Assembly: GCA_963663765.2 (NCBI GenBank)
Contig: CAXXUA010000005.1
Span: forward strand, 352,001-416,000
Length of the DNA: 64,000 bases
Direction: 5' to 3'
DNA from: Candidatus Poribacteria bacterium
Lineage (GTDB): Bacteria; Poribacteria; WGA-4E; WGA-3G
The translations under genes and the position numbers were made by a program. How positions within the stretch are numbered: position 1 is the first letter of the stretch; each line of letters begins with the position of its first letter. Below the pieces are notes generated by a model that worked only from the letters and a program-made list of their open reading frames with translations, was not told where the DNA came from and did not search any database. Shown here piece by piece: positions 38,519 through 48,520 of this stretch.

Positions 38519-40432
38519 ATGAAAACATATCCCATTTTGCACTGGAACCACAGAAGTGGAGGAAACGCACATCAGGTATACCGCCAAATATTCAAATATA
38601 GCCTATTATGCATAATGTTGCTTTGTGTTATAGTCTCCGCGAATGCACAAGATCGTTTCGCAGATTCAGTCGGCACTGTCACGATACGCGAAGTTACATC
38701 CATATCCCCGTTGGTCGTACCCTATATTACATGGGGTGGTGAATCCGCACTGTTCCACGCGAACGGAGGATTGACAACGAAAACCGGTACAATCATGGAA
38801 AAACTCGGGTTGAATCTGAAGTTAGTCCCGGGCGATAATTTTGAGCAACAGGTACGCGACTATTTATCGGGAAAAACACCTATTCTACGCGGCACTTTCA
38901 GAATGATTGCCCAAGCAAGCGAAGTTATAGGAAAAGACCCACGCACCAAACCTGTTATATTTGGACAACTCACATGGTCGGCAGGTGACCATTTCGTTGG
39001 AAGAGCAAACATCCGTAAAATTTCCGACCTTAGTGGTAAGAAAATCGCTATCCAGAAAGGCGGTCCCCACGTGGGGATGCTCTACGACATGCTAAAAACT
39101 GCACGTCTCTCAAAAAACAATGTCCAAATCGTGTGGGTGGACGAATTAACAGGGACAAACGGACCAGCAGAACGTTTTCGCAAAGACTCGTCTATTGCGG
39201 GTTGTTTTGTGATCACACCTGACATGATCGGATTGACAGGTGGACCAGATAATACCGGTACTGGCGCAGAAGGCACCGTAAAAGACGCACATGTCGTCGT
39301 CAGCACTGCAACACTATCACGATCCATCGCTGATGTTTATGCATGTCGAAAAGATTTCTACGACACTTACAAACCATTTATTGAACGCTTCTTTGCTGGT
39401 TATCTAAAAGGGGCTGAAGAGGTGGTCGCTTTAAAGAAAGTATATGAAAAAAGCGGTTCAACTCAATACAATCAACTCCTGACAATGATACAGAATATAT
39501 ACGGAAAAGATATACTGCCAACGCTTGAAGAAGACGCACACGGGTTAATCGCTGATTGCACCTTTGTTGGACAACCAGGAAATGTCGCTTTTTTCAACGA
39601 CCCACGTAATACTATCACAGGCTTTGAAGGGTTCAATAAAGCAGGATTGGATATGGCAGTCAATTGGGGATTCGCAAAGCAACGATACGCAATGCTACCC
39701 TCTGATCTCAACTTCAATTCCAAGACCTTTAAGGATTTGCTTGCAACCACCGTCGCAGCAACAACTCAACTAAAACAGACACGATTTAAAAAGGAAACTG
39801 TAAGAGCAGAAATTGAATCTTTCAATGAGGACGCGGTTCTTGACGAAAAAACACTTATCTCATTTACAATTCAATTTGATGCGAATCAGGACACTTTTAG
39901 TGCTACACAATATAGTGATGAATTTGACAGAGTCGTTGAACTCGCTTCTAAATATGGAAATGCTGCTATTGCTATAAAAGGACATAGTGACCCATCAAGA
40001 ACGCTTAGCGTCCTAGTCAGAACGGGACTCTCAAAAGGATTTCTGAAGCGAACAGGAACACAAGGAAATTACAGATATTTTTTGAACGGCAAACCCTTTA
40101 GTCTTGAAAATACTGCTGATCTGATCAAACTCATAGAGCAAAGGAAAAATCAAGATGGTAGTGATGTGGAAAACCCCTACCAAGTCATGCGAGCAGCACT
40201 CAAACTCTCTGAACAACGTGGTGAAGCGGTGAAACAATCTATTATTGACTATGCACGCCGTAAAAACGCACGTATTGACGCTGACCAAATCGTTCCTGTC
40301 GGTGTTGGTATCAAAGAACCGGTTATTTCAAAACCGACAAGTCCCGCAGAGGCAGCTGAAAACCGACGTGTTGAATTCGCTCTCATCAAGGTCTCAGCCG
40401 AAGCTGTCGCCGCATCCGATTTTGACTTTTAG
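38519..40432 (+). CDS. SsuA/NMT1-like substrate-binding domain fused to an OmpA-like C-terminal domain
   Basis: Signal-like segment; SBP fold (WSAGD, GKKIA, IADVY); IQFD..., IKGHSD, LSEQRGEAVK, ENRRVEF. Confidence 0.8.
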   Translation: MKTYPILHWNHRSGGNAHQVYRQIFKYSLLCIMLLCVIVSANAQDRFADSVGTVTIREVTSISPLVVPYITWGGESALFHANGGLTTKTGTIMEKLGLNLKLVPGDNFEQQVRDYLSGKTPILRGTFRMIAQASEVIGKDPRTKPVIFGQLTWSAGDHFVGRANIRKISDLSGKKIAIQKGGPHVGMLYDMLKTARLSKNNVQIVWVDELTGTNGPAERFRKDSSIAGCFVITPDMIGLTGGPDNTGTGAEGTVKDAHVVVSTATLSRSIADVYACRKDFYDTYKPFIERFFAGYLKGAEEVVALKKVYEKSGSTQYNQLLTMIQNIYGKDILPTLEEDAHGLIADCTFVGQPGNVAFFNDPRNTITGFEGFNKAGLDMAVNWGFAKQRYAMLPSDLNFNSKTFKDLLATTVAATTQLKQTRFKKETVRAEIESFNEDAVLDEKTLISFTIQFDANQDTFSATQYSDEFDRVVELASKYGNAAIAIKGHSDPSRTLSVLVRTGLSKGFLKRTGTQGNYRYFLNGKPFSLENTADLIKLIEQRKNQDGSDVENPYQVMRAALKLSEQRGEAVKQSIIDYARRKNARIDADQIVPVGVGIKEPVISKPTSPAEAAENRRVEFALIKVSAEAVAASDFDF

Positions 40433-40454
40433 GTTGATAAGTTAGGAGACTATC

Positions 40455-41381
40455 GTGAAAAAGGTAATAGAATCGTGGCTTTTTGTTCTTTTTATACTCG
40501 CTTCGGGACAAGTTAGTATTGCAGATACTGACTTACATACAGACAACATTATAGTTATTCTTGATGCCTCTGGTTCAATGAGGGAAAAGTTTCGCGCCGA
40601 TGAGTCCAAGTCAAAGATGGAGGCGGCTAAAGCTGCACTTAGAGAGGTGTTAGCCAAGGTTCCTGACGGTACGAATATCGGGCTACTTGTATTCAGTGGT
40701 AGTAATGTTCATAATGAATGGGTGTACCCATTAGGACCAAAGGATACAGAAATATTGATGGCAGCGATTGATAGACCGCAACCCGGCGGTGGCACACCGC
40801 TTGGAAAATATATGCGAATCGGCGCAAATCGACTCCTTGAACAGCGCGAAAAACAGTATAACTACGGAAACTATCGATTGCTAATCGTCACAGACGGTAT
40901 ATCACAGGATCAGGAAAAGGTTGAACAGTATACCCCCGATATTTTGAACAGACAAATTCGCGTAGACGTTATCGGTGTTGATATGGAAACCGATCATAGT
41001 TTAGCGAAGGATGCGGATAGTTACCGGAAGGCGGACAATCCAGGTGAACTTGTCGCTGCAGTCTCACAAATCCTCGCAGAAACTGGTGGAACCGGTACAG
41101 ACACGGATGGTGAAGATGCATTTGAAGACATTGAACCGCTTTCAGATGCTATCGCAAGAGACCTTATTAAACGAATTACCACACCACCGAGTAATAATGC
41201 TATTGACATAACAGCGACTGTAAGGACTACTCCCACACAGCCACAAACGACACAACAGCAGCCCCAACAACCCATACAACAACCAACACAACAACCCAGC
41301 GACAACAACTTCGTGTGGATTGCTATTGGACTCGCTATTATATTCGTAGGTATTCTTCTTTTTAGACGAATTGGAAAATAG
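40455..41381 (+). CDS. Secreted vWA-domain protein with Gln/Pro linker and C-terminal TM anchor
   Basis: DASGSM MIDAS motif, GGTPL, VTDG, PQ-rich linker, TM followed by RRIGK. Confidence 0.88.
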   Translation: MKKVIESWLFVLFILASGQVSIADTDLHTDNIIVILDASGSMREKFRADESKSKMEAAKAALREVLAKVPDGTNIGLLVFSGSNVHNEWVYPLGPKDTEILMAAIDRPQPGGGTPLGKYMRIGANRLLEQREKQYNYGNYRLLIVTDGISQDQEKVEQYTPDILNRQIRVDVIGVDMETDHSLAKDADSYRKADNPGELVAAVSQILAETGGTGTDTDGEDAFEDIEPLSDAIARDLIKRITTPPSNNAIDITATVRTTPTQPQTTQQQPQQPIQQPTQQPSDNNFVWIAIGLAIIFVGILLFRRIGK

Positions 41382-41408
41382 TAGCAGTCCAAAGGATAGG
41401 GAACAACT

Positions 41409-43016
41409 ATGGAAGCTAAAACAAAAAGCAGAATCGTCATGGTCGCCAGTTGGCTGATTATCATCGGCATTCTCGGGTTAGTCTACAAGTTCCTTGTTGA
41501 ACCCCGACTCGGCGGGAGACGCGATAAACTCGTTGAAAATACCAGCACACAAAGGTATGACCATACGATTAAAATCGCACATGATTCTTTCCCGGGATAT
41601 GCTATACTCCGATCCGATGCTATGAAGAACCTACTGGATCGCCAATCAATAAAACTTACGTTTATTGACGATAAAGCAGATTATGTCCGCAGAGCACGCG
41701 ACCTAAAAAATGGCAAGATGCAAATGGCGGTTTTCACCATAGATGCCTACCTAAAGGCTGGCAGCGTTATCGGTGATTATCCCGGTTCTATTGTACTCGT
41801 CATTGATGAATCCAAAGGCGCTGATGCAATTGTCGCACACAAGCAGGGAGTACCAACTATCCCAAATTTGAGTAATCCAAAAGCACGGATTATTCTAACA
41901 CCAGATTCACCAAGTGAAACGCTCGCACGGATTATGATTAACACGATGAGTTTGCCGAGTCTTCCACCAAACTGGGCATCCGATGCAAACGGCGCAGAAG
42001 ATGTATATAAGAAACTAAAATCTGCCGACTCAGATCAACCCACCGCCTACGTCTTGTGGGAACCTTATGTGACAAAAGCACTCGCAATTGACGGTGTGCA
42101 TCTATTGTTAGACAGTTCAAAACTCAAAGGGTATATCGTTGATGTGTTAGTCGTTCAACGCGAATTTTTAGATACAAAACGCGAACTTGTTACGCATGTT
42201 GTACAAGCATATTTACGTGCAAACTATGACTATACCAACCAAACTGGAGGATTGTTGACCTTAATTGAAGCAGATGCAAAGAAGTACGGGGACAAGCTCA
42301 ATCAAAACGAAGCGAATCAACTGGTTAAAGGTATTGAGTGGAGAAATACCGTCGAGAATTACGCACATTTCAATCTTATCTCTGGGGATGAGGCAAAAGA
42401 TTCTGAAAAACTCGACGCGATGATAGGAAAAATTATGCAAGTACTTGTCAAAACCAAATCACTCGCCTCAGACCCATTGTCAGGAGATTACCGCACACTG
42501 TTCTATGATGGAATATTAAGGTCACTTCATCACGATAAATTCCACCCCGGCGTGTTGAACGCAGGCGGCGCAAATGGATTAGACGATATCTTTGTGGATG
42601 CAGCACCTGTAGTTGAGGAGAAAGTCAGGGAAGAGGTAGCACTGAATCCACTATCAGAAGACAATTGGAACAATCTCGCACCCGTTGCAGCAATGAAAAT
42701 CGAACCAATTGCGTTCGCCAGAGGGACCGCACGCATTTCTCAAGGTAGCGAACGGGCACTCGCTGAAATCGCATCAAAACTAAAATCGTTTCCAAAATAC
42801 TATCTTAGAGTTGTCGGTCACACACGGAAAGAAGGTAACCCGGCAGAAAACAAACGACTCGCGACACAACGTGCCGAAGCTGCTGCAAAGGTACTCAGAG
42901 GACATGGAATCAAAAACCATCGCATTCGGGCAATCGCAAGCACACGCACCTCTACAAGAATGCAAGGTGGCGAAGCACAAAGCGTCACATTTGAACTGTT
43001 AGGAAAACCTTATTAA
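41409..43016 (+). CDS. Membrane-anchored substrate-binding/OmpA fusion protein
   Basis: N-terminal TM; DSFPGY, DESKGADAIV, LWEPYV; IAFARG, VVGHT..GN..ENKRLA.QRA. Confidence 0.82.
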   Translation: MEAKTKSRIVMVASWLIIIGILGLVYKFLVEPRLGGRRDKLVENTSTQRYDHTIKIAHDSFPGYAILRSDAMKNLLDRQSIKLTFIDDKADYVRRARDLKNGKMQMAVFTIDAYLKAGSVIGDYPGSIVLVIDESKGADAIVAHKQGVPTIPNLSNPKARIILTPDSPSETLARIMINTMSLPSLPPNWASDANGAEDVYKKLKSADSDQPTAYVLWEPYVTKALAIDGVHLLLDSSKLKGYIVDVLVVQREFLDTKRELVTHVVQAYLRANYDYTNQTGGLLTLIEADAKKYGDKLNQNEANQLVKGIEWRNTVENYAHFNLISGDEAKDSEKLDAMIGKIMQVLVKTKSLASDPLSGDYRTLFYDGILRSLHHDKFHPGVLNAGGANGLDDIFVDAAPVVEEKVREEVALNPLSEDNWNNLAPVAAMKIEPIAFARGTARISQGSERALAEIASKLKSFPKYYLRVVGHTRKEGNPAENKRLATQRAEAAAKVLRGHGIKNHRIRAIASTRTSTRMQGGEAQSVTFELLGKPY

Positions 43017-43128
43017 ACAAGAATTACGTACCCAACGGTAGGCGTGCTTTGTAAGAGCGCTGGAAACTCAAAATACAATCTACTATAGTAAAAATGAATA
43101 CCAATTACCACCCGAGGAGGACAAAAAC

Positions 43129-44004
43129 ATGTCAATCAACATGAACCAAACAGACAAACCCAACCGCCATCTTTCACGCAGAACCTTCATCAAGAGTTCC
43201 GTTGGACTTGCCACCTCCGTCGTGGCTGGTGGTGGATTGATACGTTCCGCAAAAGCTCAATCACAGTTTGGTGAATATATTCCTTACGATTCCACAAACG
43301 ATTTTCACTATACCATACGGTATGGTACACGAGAAATAATTGAACATAATCATCCCGGCATGGATCCAACAGGAGAAAAGTTCAGGTTCGTCCGCCTCAA
43401 ATATCAGGGTGGCGATTGGTGGACAAATCTAGTAAACTATTACCGTTGGCAGTCAGACCTAAAGTTCACACAAGAACTGGCAGAGAACACTTCAATTGAT
43501 GTTGATGTGCGGAATTATCCTCAATACGTAGAAATTGATGACCCATGGATCTTTGATTATCCGATGCTCTATATGACAGGACACGGTAGACGCAACACAA
43601 TGCGGTTCTCTAACGACCAATTAAACAAGTTTAGAGAATACTTTGAACGTGGTGGGTTCCTTCATGTAGAGGATTGCGATATCAGATATGCAAGCTTCTG
43701 GCTACAAGTTCAAGCGTTGATGAAACGGATATATCCTGATAAAAGGTTTGAACAACTGGATCTCAGCCATCCAATATACCACACACTCTATCGTCATAAC
43801 GAGTATCTCGGCGGTGATAAACTTCTTCCTCTTTTTAATTATGATCAGGCTATCATGGATGAGGATAAGGTGATGGTCTACTTCTGTCCCAGCGACCTGA
43901 ATTGTGCGTGGGAAGGTAGAGTTTGCAGTCCCGGCGGTGAAGAACAACGCACGTGGGCATTTGAACAAGGCATGAACGTCGTCGCATACGCACTGACTCG
44001 CTAA
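43129..44004 (+). CDS. Tat-exported DUF4159-domain protein
   Basis: SRRTFIK Tat motif; YPMLYMTGHG, REYFERGGFL, GMNVVAYALT. Confidence 0.82.
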   Translation: MSINMNQTDKPNRHLSRRTFIKSSVGLATSVVAGGGLIRSAKAQSQFGEYIPYDSTNDFHYTIRYGTREIIEHNHPGMDPTGEKFRFVRLKYQGGDWWTNLVNYYRWQSDLKFTQELAENTSIDVDVRNYPQYVEIDDPWIFDYPMLYMTGHGRRNTMRFSNDQLNKFREYFERGGFLHVEDCDIRYASFWLQVQALMKRIYPDKRFEQLDLSHPIYHTLYRHNEYLGGDKLLPLFNYDQAIMDEDKVMVYFCPSDLNCAWEGRVCSPGGEEQRTWAFEQGMNVVAYALTR

Positions 44005-44134
44005 TGAACGTAAATTTTGAATATGAACAGACACTCCTATCTCACGTTAGGTTGTGGTATCCTAACCTCACCCAGTGCAAATTGTTCAATTATAGTGAAA
44101 TCCAAAAATATGTCTACACTCCCTGGTGGGTACA

Positions 44135-44484
44135 GGGTGTGTAAAGTTTTTGCACAAACTGCACATTCTCCATTGTAGAGCGGGGTCTCTGTACCCCGCC
44201 GCAACTGATTAAATGAGAGATTGCGGGCACAGAGACCCATAGGTGTCAATATAAGGAAATATTGTTAATATCAACCATACTCTTCAGTCCCGTAGGGACG
44301 ATATGTTTATAGAAAACAAGTACCCTTCCCAGTTCTTTAGTCCCGTAGGGACGATATGTTTATTCTTCTATGTCGTTCCTACGGAACTCAAGAGAGGGTG
44401 ATTACACCTATCTATAAACATTGCGTCCCTACGGGACTAAAGAGAACAAAAGTTTGTACCTCTGTGCAAAAACTTTACACACCC
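44135..44484. mobile_element. MITE with perfect 22-bp TIRs and 9-bp TSD
   Basis: GGGTGTGTAAAGTTTTTGCACA (44135-44156) and exact inverse (44463-44484). TSD GTGGGTACA (44126-44134 / 44485-44493). Confidence 0.9.
44281..44445. repeat. REPIN-like long hairpin of AGTCCCGTAGGGACG units
   Basis: Two direct copies (44286, 44339) and two inverted copies (CGTTCCTACGGAACT, CGTCCCTACGGGACT). Confidence 0.8.
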
Positions 44485-44609
44485 GTGGGTACAGTTTGTA
44501 ACCCCGATTTGAGAGAACCAGCATACAAATCGGGGTTACAAACCCCTCCTACAAAGATGTATTGTGAGAAATTGAATGCATCTATGATCAAATTTTTTTG
44601 ATATTTATG

Positions 44610-44732
44610 CAGGACTTACGCACTAAACGGTAGGCGCGCTTTGTAAGCGCGCTTGAAACACAAAAAAATGCTGAAAATTACATCATTTTCGCCATAATTC
44701 TTGATTAAATCATGAAAACTGCGTAAGTCCTG
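44610..44732. mobile_element. MITE with CAGGACTTACGCA TIRs carrying a GTAG REP
   Basis: CAGGACTTACGCA / TGCGTAAGTCCTG. 5-bp TSD TTATG (44605-44609 / 44733-44737). Confidence 0.88.
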
Positions 44733-44868
44733 TTATGCAAATATATGTTATACTATTTGTTGAAATGTTCTGGTAGGAGCGACCTCCTGGTCGCGTCCGT
44801 GAGGTTGTTCCTACAATAGAAAGGTCTTTCATCTAAAAAGAACATTTGAATTCCTAAATGACACAGTA

Positions 44869-45007
44869 TTATAGTAGATTTTAGAATTATTATTACACTT
44901 TCAGGTGTAGGAGGGAACTCCGATTCCCGACTATCAAGACGTTCAGTCGCGATTCGGAGATCGCTCCTACAGAACAAGTGTAAACTTAATTGTATATTTC
45001 ACTATAA
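44869..45007. mobile_element. TTATAGT-ended MITE-like shell with REP doublet
   Basis: TTATAGTAGA..AATTA..TTACACTT / AAGTGTAA..TAATT..TTCACTATAA, enclosing GTAGGAG..CTCCTAC (44907-44970). Confidence 0.6.
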
Positions 45008-45074
45008 ATAGAATTGGTATTATAATATATCGTAGTGTATAAAACGCAAAACGTAGCACTCGATAATCAATGGC

Positions 45075-45518
45075 ATGCTAAATGAAAGGACTACCGAGTT
45101 GCAGTGGCCAGACTATTATCCAGAAAACTGTCCACCTGAGGCAGCTAAATCCGCTTCAGGGACAGTTTATAGACTTGTGCAAAGCGATCCACCACAATCG
45201 GAAGATTTCATACCACTTTATATAGATAAGCCCGAGAACTTTGAGCGTAAACCAATTAGTGAAGTGTGTCAGGGTTGTGGGGTGTCTGTTTGTAAAGATA
45301 AACAAGATATTGAACGACTCCAGAGTAGCAGTGGTAAAATGAGAAAAAGACATATTGCGGAAGGCGAGTTAAATCCAACATTAGGTGTGATTAAACATAC
45401 ACCCTCACGAAAGTATAAATCTCATCATACGTGGTGGGTCCCTATTGGGATAAAACCTTGGGTTGTTTTTCACGTAGTTAATGATTCAAGAACAGACAGT
45501 AATTCAGAAGGAATTTAA
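45075..45518 (+). CDS. Hypothetical protein, possible ADP-ribosyltransferase-like fold
   Basis: CPP..., VYRLV, GVSV, HHTWW pattern (R-S-H spacing). Fold is inferred. Confidence 0.55.
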   Translation: MLNERTTELQWPDYYPENCPPEAAKSASGTVYRLVQSDPPQSEDFIPLYIDKPENFERKPISEVCQGCGVSVCKDKQDIERLQSSSGKMRKRHIAEGELNPTLGVIKHTPSRKYKSHHTWWVPIGIKPWVVFHVVNDSRTDSNSEGI

Positions 45519-45520
45519 AT

Positions 45521-45976
45521 ATGTTCAATACGCTTAATATTCCAGATATAGGCAAACTTCAAATTGTAGAAACCTATGCGTTCTACGATGAGCCTGTCCT
45601 ATTTTCCTGCCAAAATACCTTAGATCGTCTTTACATTGTTGTGGCTGCTGATGAAAACGATCAGAATGAAACGTGGCTTTATGCCGAAGTTTCTACTGAA
45701 CGTCTTAACCTTATCCGTTCCGGCTCAATTGACCTCCATGATGCCTTTGCTTATACTGAAGATGGTAGTGTCTTTCAGGTAAGGTTTCCATACGACGACC
45801 TAACCGAACCAATAATTGAATCTGTCCAATCAAATCAGATTTCTAAGGATATGCTTCCGCTACCTGGTGAATGCCTTGATTTTGAAATAGACATATTTCC
45901 AGTTTTAAAGAATGTGAAAGAATTAACAAAATCCAATAACCAAGAAATTCTGATCGGAAATTCAAGTAGTTCCTGA
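45521..45976 (+). CDS. DUF6575-like protein
   Basis: VETYAFYDEPVLFSC, WLYAEVS.ERL..IRSG.IDL.DAF, LP.PG; recognised by recall. Confidence 0.6.
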   Translation: MFNTLNIPDIGKLQIVETYAFYDEPVLFSCQNTLDRLYIVVAADENDQNETWLYAEVSTERLNLIRSGSIDLHDAFAYTEDGSVFQVRFPYDDLTEPIIESVQSNQISKDMLPLPGECLDFEIDIFPVLKNVKELTKSNNQEILIGNSSSS

Positions 45977-46115
45977 AAGAAGCAAAACTACCAGTAAACT
46001 CAGCGTATCGCAGTTTCGTAGGTAAGGTAGAACGGAACAGGACGAAACCCTTTTGTAGTCGCGCAATTCATTGCGTATCTTACGTTGTCTGAATCGTGAA
46101 TATAGCAGATTACAC

Positions 46116-46150
46116 CAAATCAAAGGTATGAATGCCTATAGGCATTCCAT
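46116..46150 (-). repeat. Hairpin-TTGATTTG mini-element, copy E (single hairpin, reverse orientation)
   Basis: CAAATCAA-AGGTAT-GAATGCCTATAGGCATTC-CAT, inserted at GATTACAC^GGATTACGCG. Confidence 0.8.
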
Positions 46151-46261
46151 GGATTACGCGAATTTTTGTGATAAGTTAATCCATCTTGGATAGACCGAAG
46201 TGAACTAGACAAACCGATTTCGCGGATACGTTAAACCCGCACACTATATGGAGGATAAAAA

Positions 46262-46693
46262 ATGGACCATGCACCTCAGCAACTTAATCTCTATGGGAAT
46301 GAAAAGCATTATCAAAAAGTAGGACGCTCTGCATTTCCTATACTAATTCATTTGGCAAAAGTACGTGAATTTATCACCTATGGAGAACTCGCGAAAAAAA
46401 TAAATGTGTCTAACCCAAGAAATCTGAATTATCCGCTTGGTAGCGTTTGGGTAACACTGTATGAACTACAAGAAGAGTGGAGGGTAGAGATACCACAAAT
46501 AGATATACCTTATCTGACTTCTCTCGTCGTCAACAAAGATACTGGTCACCCGGGATATGAAGATTTACCTCAATCAGAATTTGAAGCGGAATGTAGAAGG
46601 GTATTTAATTTTCCGATCTGGACTTCTGTCCAAGAAGTGGTCTTGTCTAACTACTGGTTGATTGATCGAGATGTAGTAAGTCCAGCAAACTAA
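46262..46693 (+). CDS. Hypothetical winged-helix protein
   Basis: GGAGG RBS; ITYGELA, P.LTSLVVNK.TG.PG. Confidence 0.65.
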   Translation: MDHAPQQLNLYGNEKHYQKVGRSAFPILIHLAKVREFITYGELAKKINVSNPRNLNYPLGSVWVTLYELQEEWRVEIPQIDIPYLTSLVVNKDTGHPGYEDLPQSEFEAECRRVFNFPIWTSVQEVVLSNYWLIDRDVVSPAN

Positions 46694-47237
46694 CTGTGAT
46701 ATTACATAAAAGTTCTTGTGTTTTGTAGTTAATTAAACTATGAATGGAACAACAGGCAACAGCAACGAGAAATTCCAAAAAATGTTAGACCATGCAGAGT
46801 TTGGTATAAAGGGAATAGAAGAAAGGCGATTTGTTAAGATTAGAATTTTTATCTCTTATATAACACTACTTTCTCTTTCTTTATACCAACAGAATACGTG
46901 TATAATTGTATGTATACTTAACCATAGTCGCAATTCCAACGTTCTTTTTTATAATTGTTGTAGTAGTATTTAGCATGAATCAGAATTATACTTTGAAGAT
47001 TGGTTAATTGGGAATTTATTTGGATTTCTGTTGTTTGCGATTCTATTTCTTTTTTCATTCCTTCACAGCGCAGTTAGAAATCGCACCTACCGTCTGAAAA
47101 ACATCAATCCCGTTATTCTGGTCTTATCCGTTTACCGCAGCAATGACTTGAACCGATGCGAAAGATGGAACAGCACTTTACAGATAAGCAGTTGACGTTA
47201 TTGTGTTCTTAGGTTGAACTTGCAAAACCCTTATGTA

Positions 47238-48503
47238 TTAAACATAAGCGTGTATGTTCTGCGGGAGTAGCGCGTACAGTTTTTCGCGAAAACGTTCATA
47301 AGCTAGGTTTGCACCAGCGATGTTCCCCGAAGCAGGACCAATCTGAAGTTGTGCAACAGTACCAGATCCAAACAGGTTTATGATTGGATAGAATTGTAAA
47401 TTGACATCTAACTGCGGCAGACCGCAGACAAGTGGAATCGGGTACTGCTCAATTAACTCCTGCAGGAAACCGTAACGACGAAGATTAAACCTATATCCTG
47501 TTGCAAGTATAACACGAGACACATTTGTAATCATGCCGCGCGTCGTTTCTACTTGTAAATCTTGTGTTAAATCATCCCCTACAGAGACGATATTGCATAT
47601 ACATGTCTCAGGATAAATCTCAACGTTCTTAGCGTTCTTCAGTGTATCCATCACATTCGGCGTGATGCTACCTTCACCTCTGTTCTCTTGGATTATTTGG
47701 TATCGTCGTTGAAAATCGGTCTCGTTTGCGTACTCAGTAAGTGCTTTGGGACCTAACCAGATTGGAGGAAAATCAAACTGATCTGTCTTCAACTGCTTCC
47801 GTGCAATTAGCACCACCTGATGTCCTTGTTCACTGAGACTTTTGGCAAGTGTTCCTGCTGTTAACCCACCGCCAACTATCACTATTTTGCCTCTATTTTC
47901 TGATATGTGGTTGATATTCACCGAAAATTGAGATGCGTGGACGACTCTATCAGGGAATTGGCGTTGCCATTCGGAAAACTCAGGCGGTACATAAGCACAA
48001 TCATCTGAACCTATAGCAAGGACAACGCAACTACTGCGGAAACCTTCATTATTCGTTGAAATCAGTCGGAATGGATATTTTCCCGCTCCTTTATCCCATC
48101 GCAATTTAGCCACATCAAACTGATAGTAGATGTTATGACCCGTAGGAGGGATTTGTAATCCCGATACACTAAGAGCATCGTTGCAATAGTCCCAAAAAAG
48201 TTCGGTAGAAGGTTGCGAATATGGTGGTGCTAATTCGTCTGATCGGTTATGTTCTTTCGCATATTCAACGATACCTAAAGCGTCAGCAGTAATATGATGT
48301 ACTGCGGGAGATCGGAGGAATGTCATGCCTTGTCTTTCTGTTTTGTGTCGCCATTCAGTGAGGGGTTGTGCATGACGGTCTACGATGGCTATATGCTGTG
48401 TTGCTACCGGTCTGTCACGTAGCAGTCGCATAGCGATGGATATGCCGTGGATGCCACCACCAATGATCGTAATCGGGATGTTCCGATGTGCAAGTGTTTT
48501 CAT
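47238..48503 (-). CDS. FAD/NAD(P)-binding oxidoreductase
   Basis: IIGGGIHG, LRSP..HH, IVGGGLTA, ILATGY, IGPASGNIAGA. Confidence 0.88.
   Translation of the reverse strand: MKTLAHRNIPITIIGGGIHGISIAMRLLRDRPVATQHIAIVDRHAQPLTEWRHKTERQGMTFLRSPAVHHITADALGIVEYAKEHNRSDELAPPYSQPSTELFWDYCNDALSVSGLQIPPTGHNIYYQFDVAKLRWDKGAGKYPFRLISTNNEGFRSSCVVLAIGSDDCAYVPPEFSEWQRQFPDRVVHASQFSVNINHISENRGKIVIVGGGLTAGTLAKSLSEQGHQVVLIARKQLKTDQFDFPPIWLGPKALTEYANETDFQRRYQIIQENRGEGSITPNVMDTLKNAKNVEIYPETCICNIVSVGDDLTQDLQVETTRGMITNVSRVILATGYRFNLRRYGFLQELIEQYPIPLVCGLPQLDVNLQFYPIINLFGSGTVAQLQIGPASGNIAGANLAYERFREKLYALLPQNIHAYV
48142..48164 (+). repeat. GTAG-type REP inside a coding sequence
   Basis: GTAGGAGGGATTTGTAATCCCGA is a near reverse complement of the intergenic REP TCGGGGTTACAAACCCCTCCTAC (44530-44552). 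It encodes SGLQIPPT in the oxidoreductase. Confidence 0.75.
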
Positions 48504-48520
48504 TTTGGCATTACATAAAC

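Noticed and set aside
44037-44977. Short ORFs in the MITE stack
   Set aside because: They cross TIRs and REPs and are non-coding.
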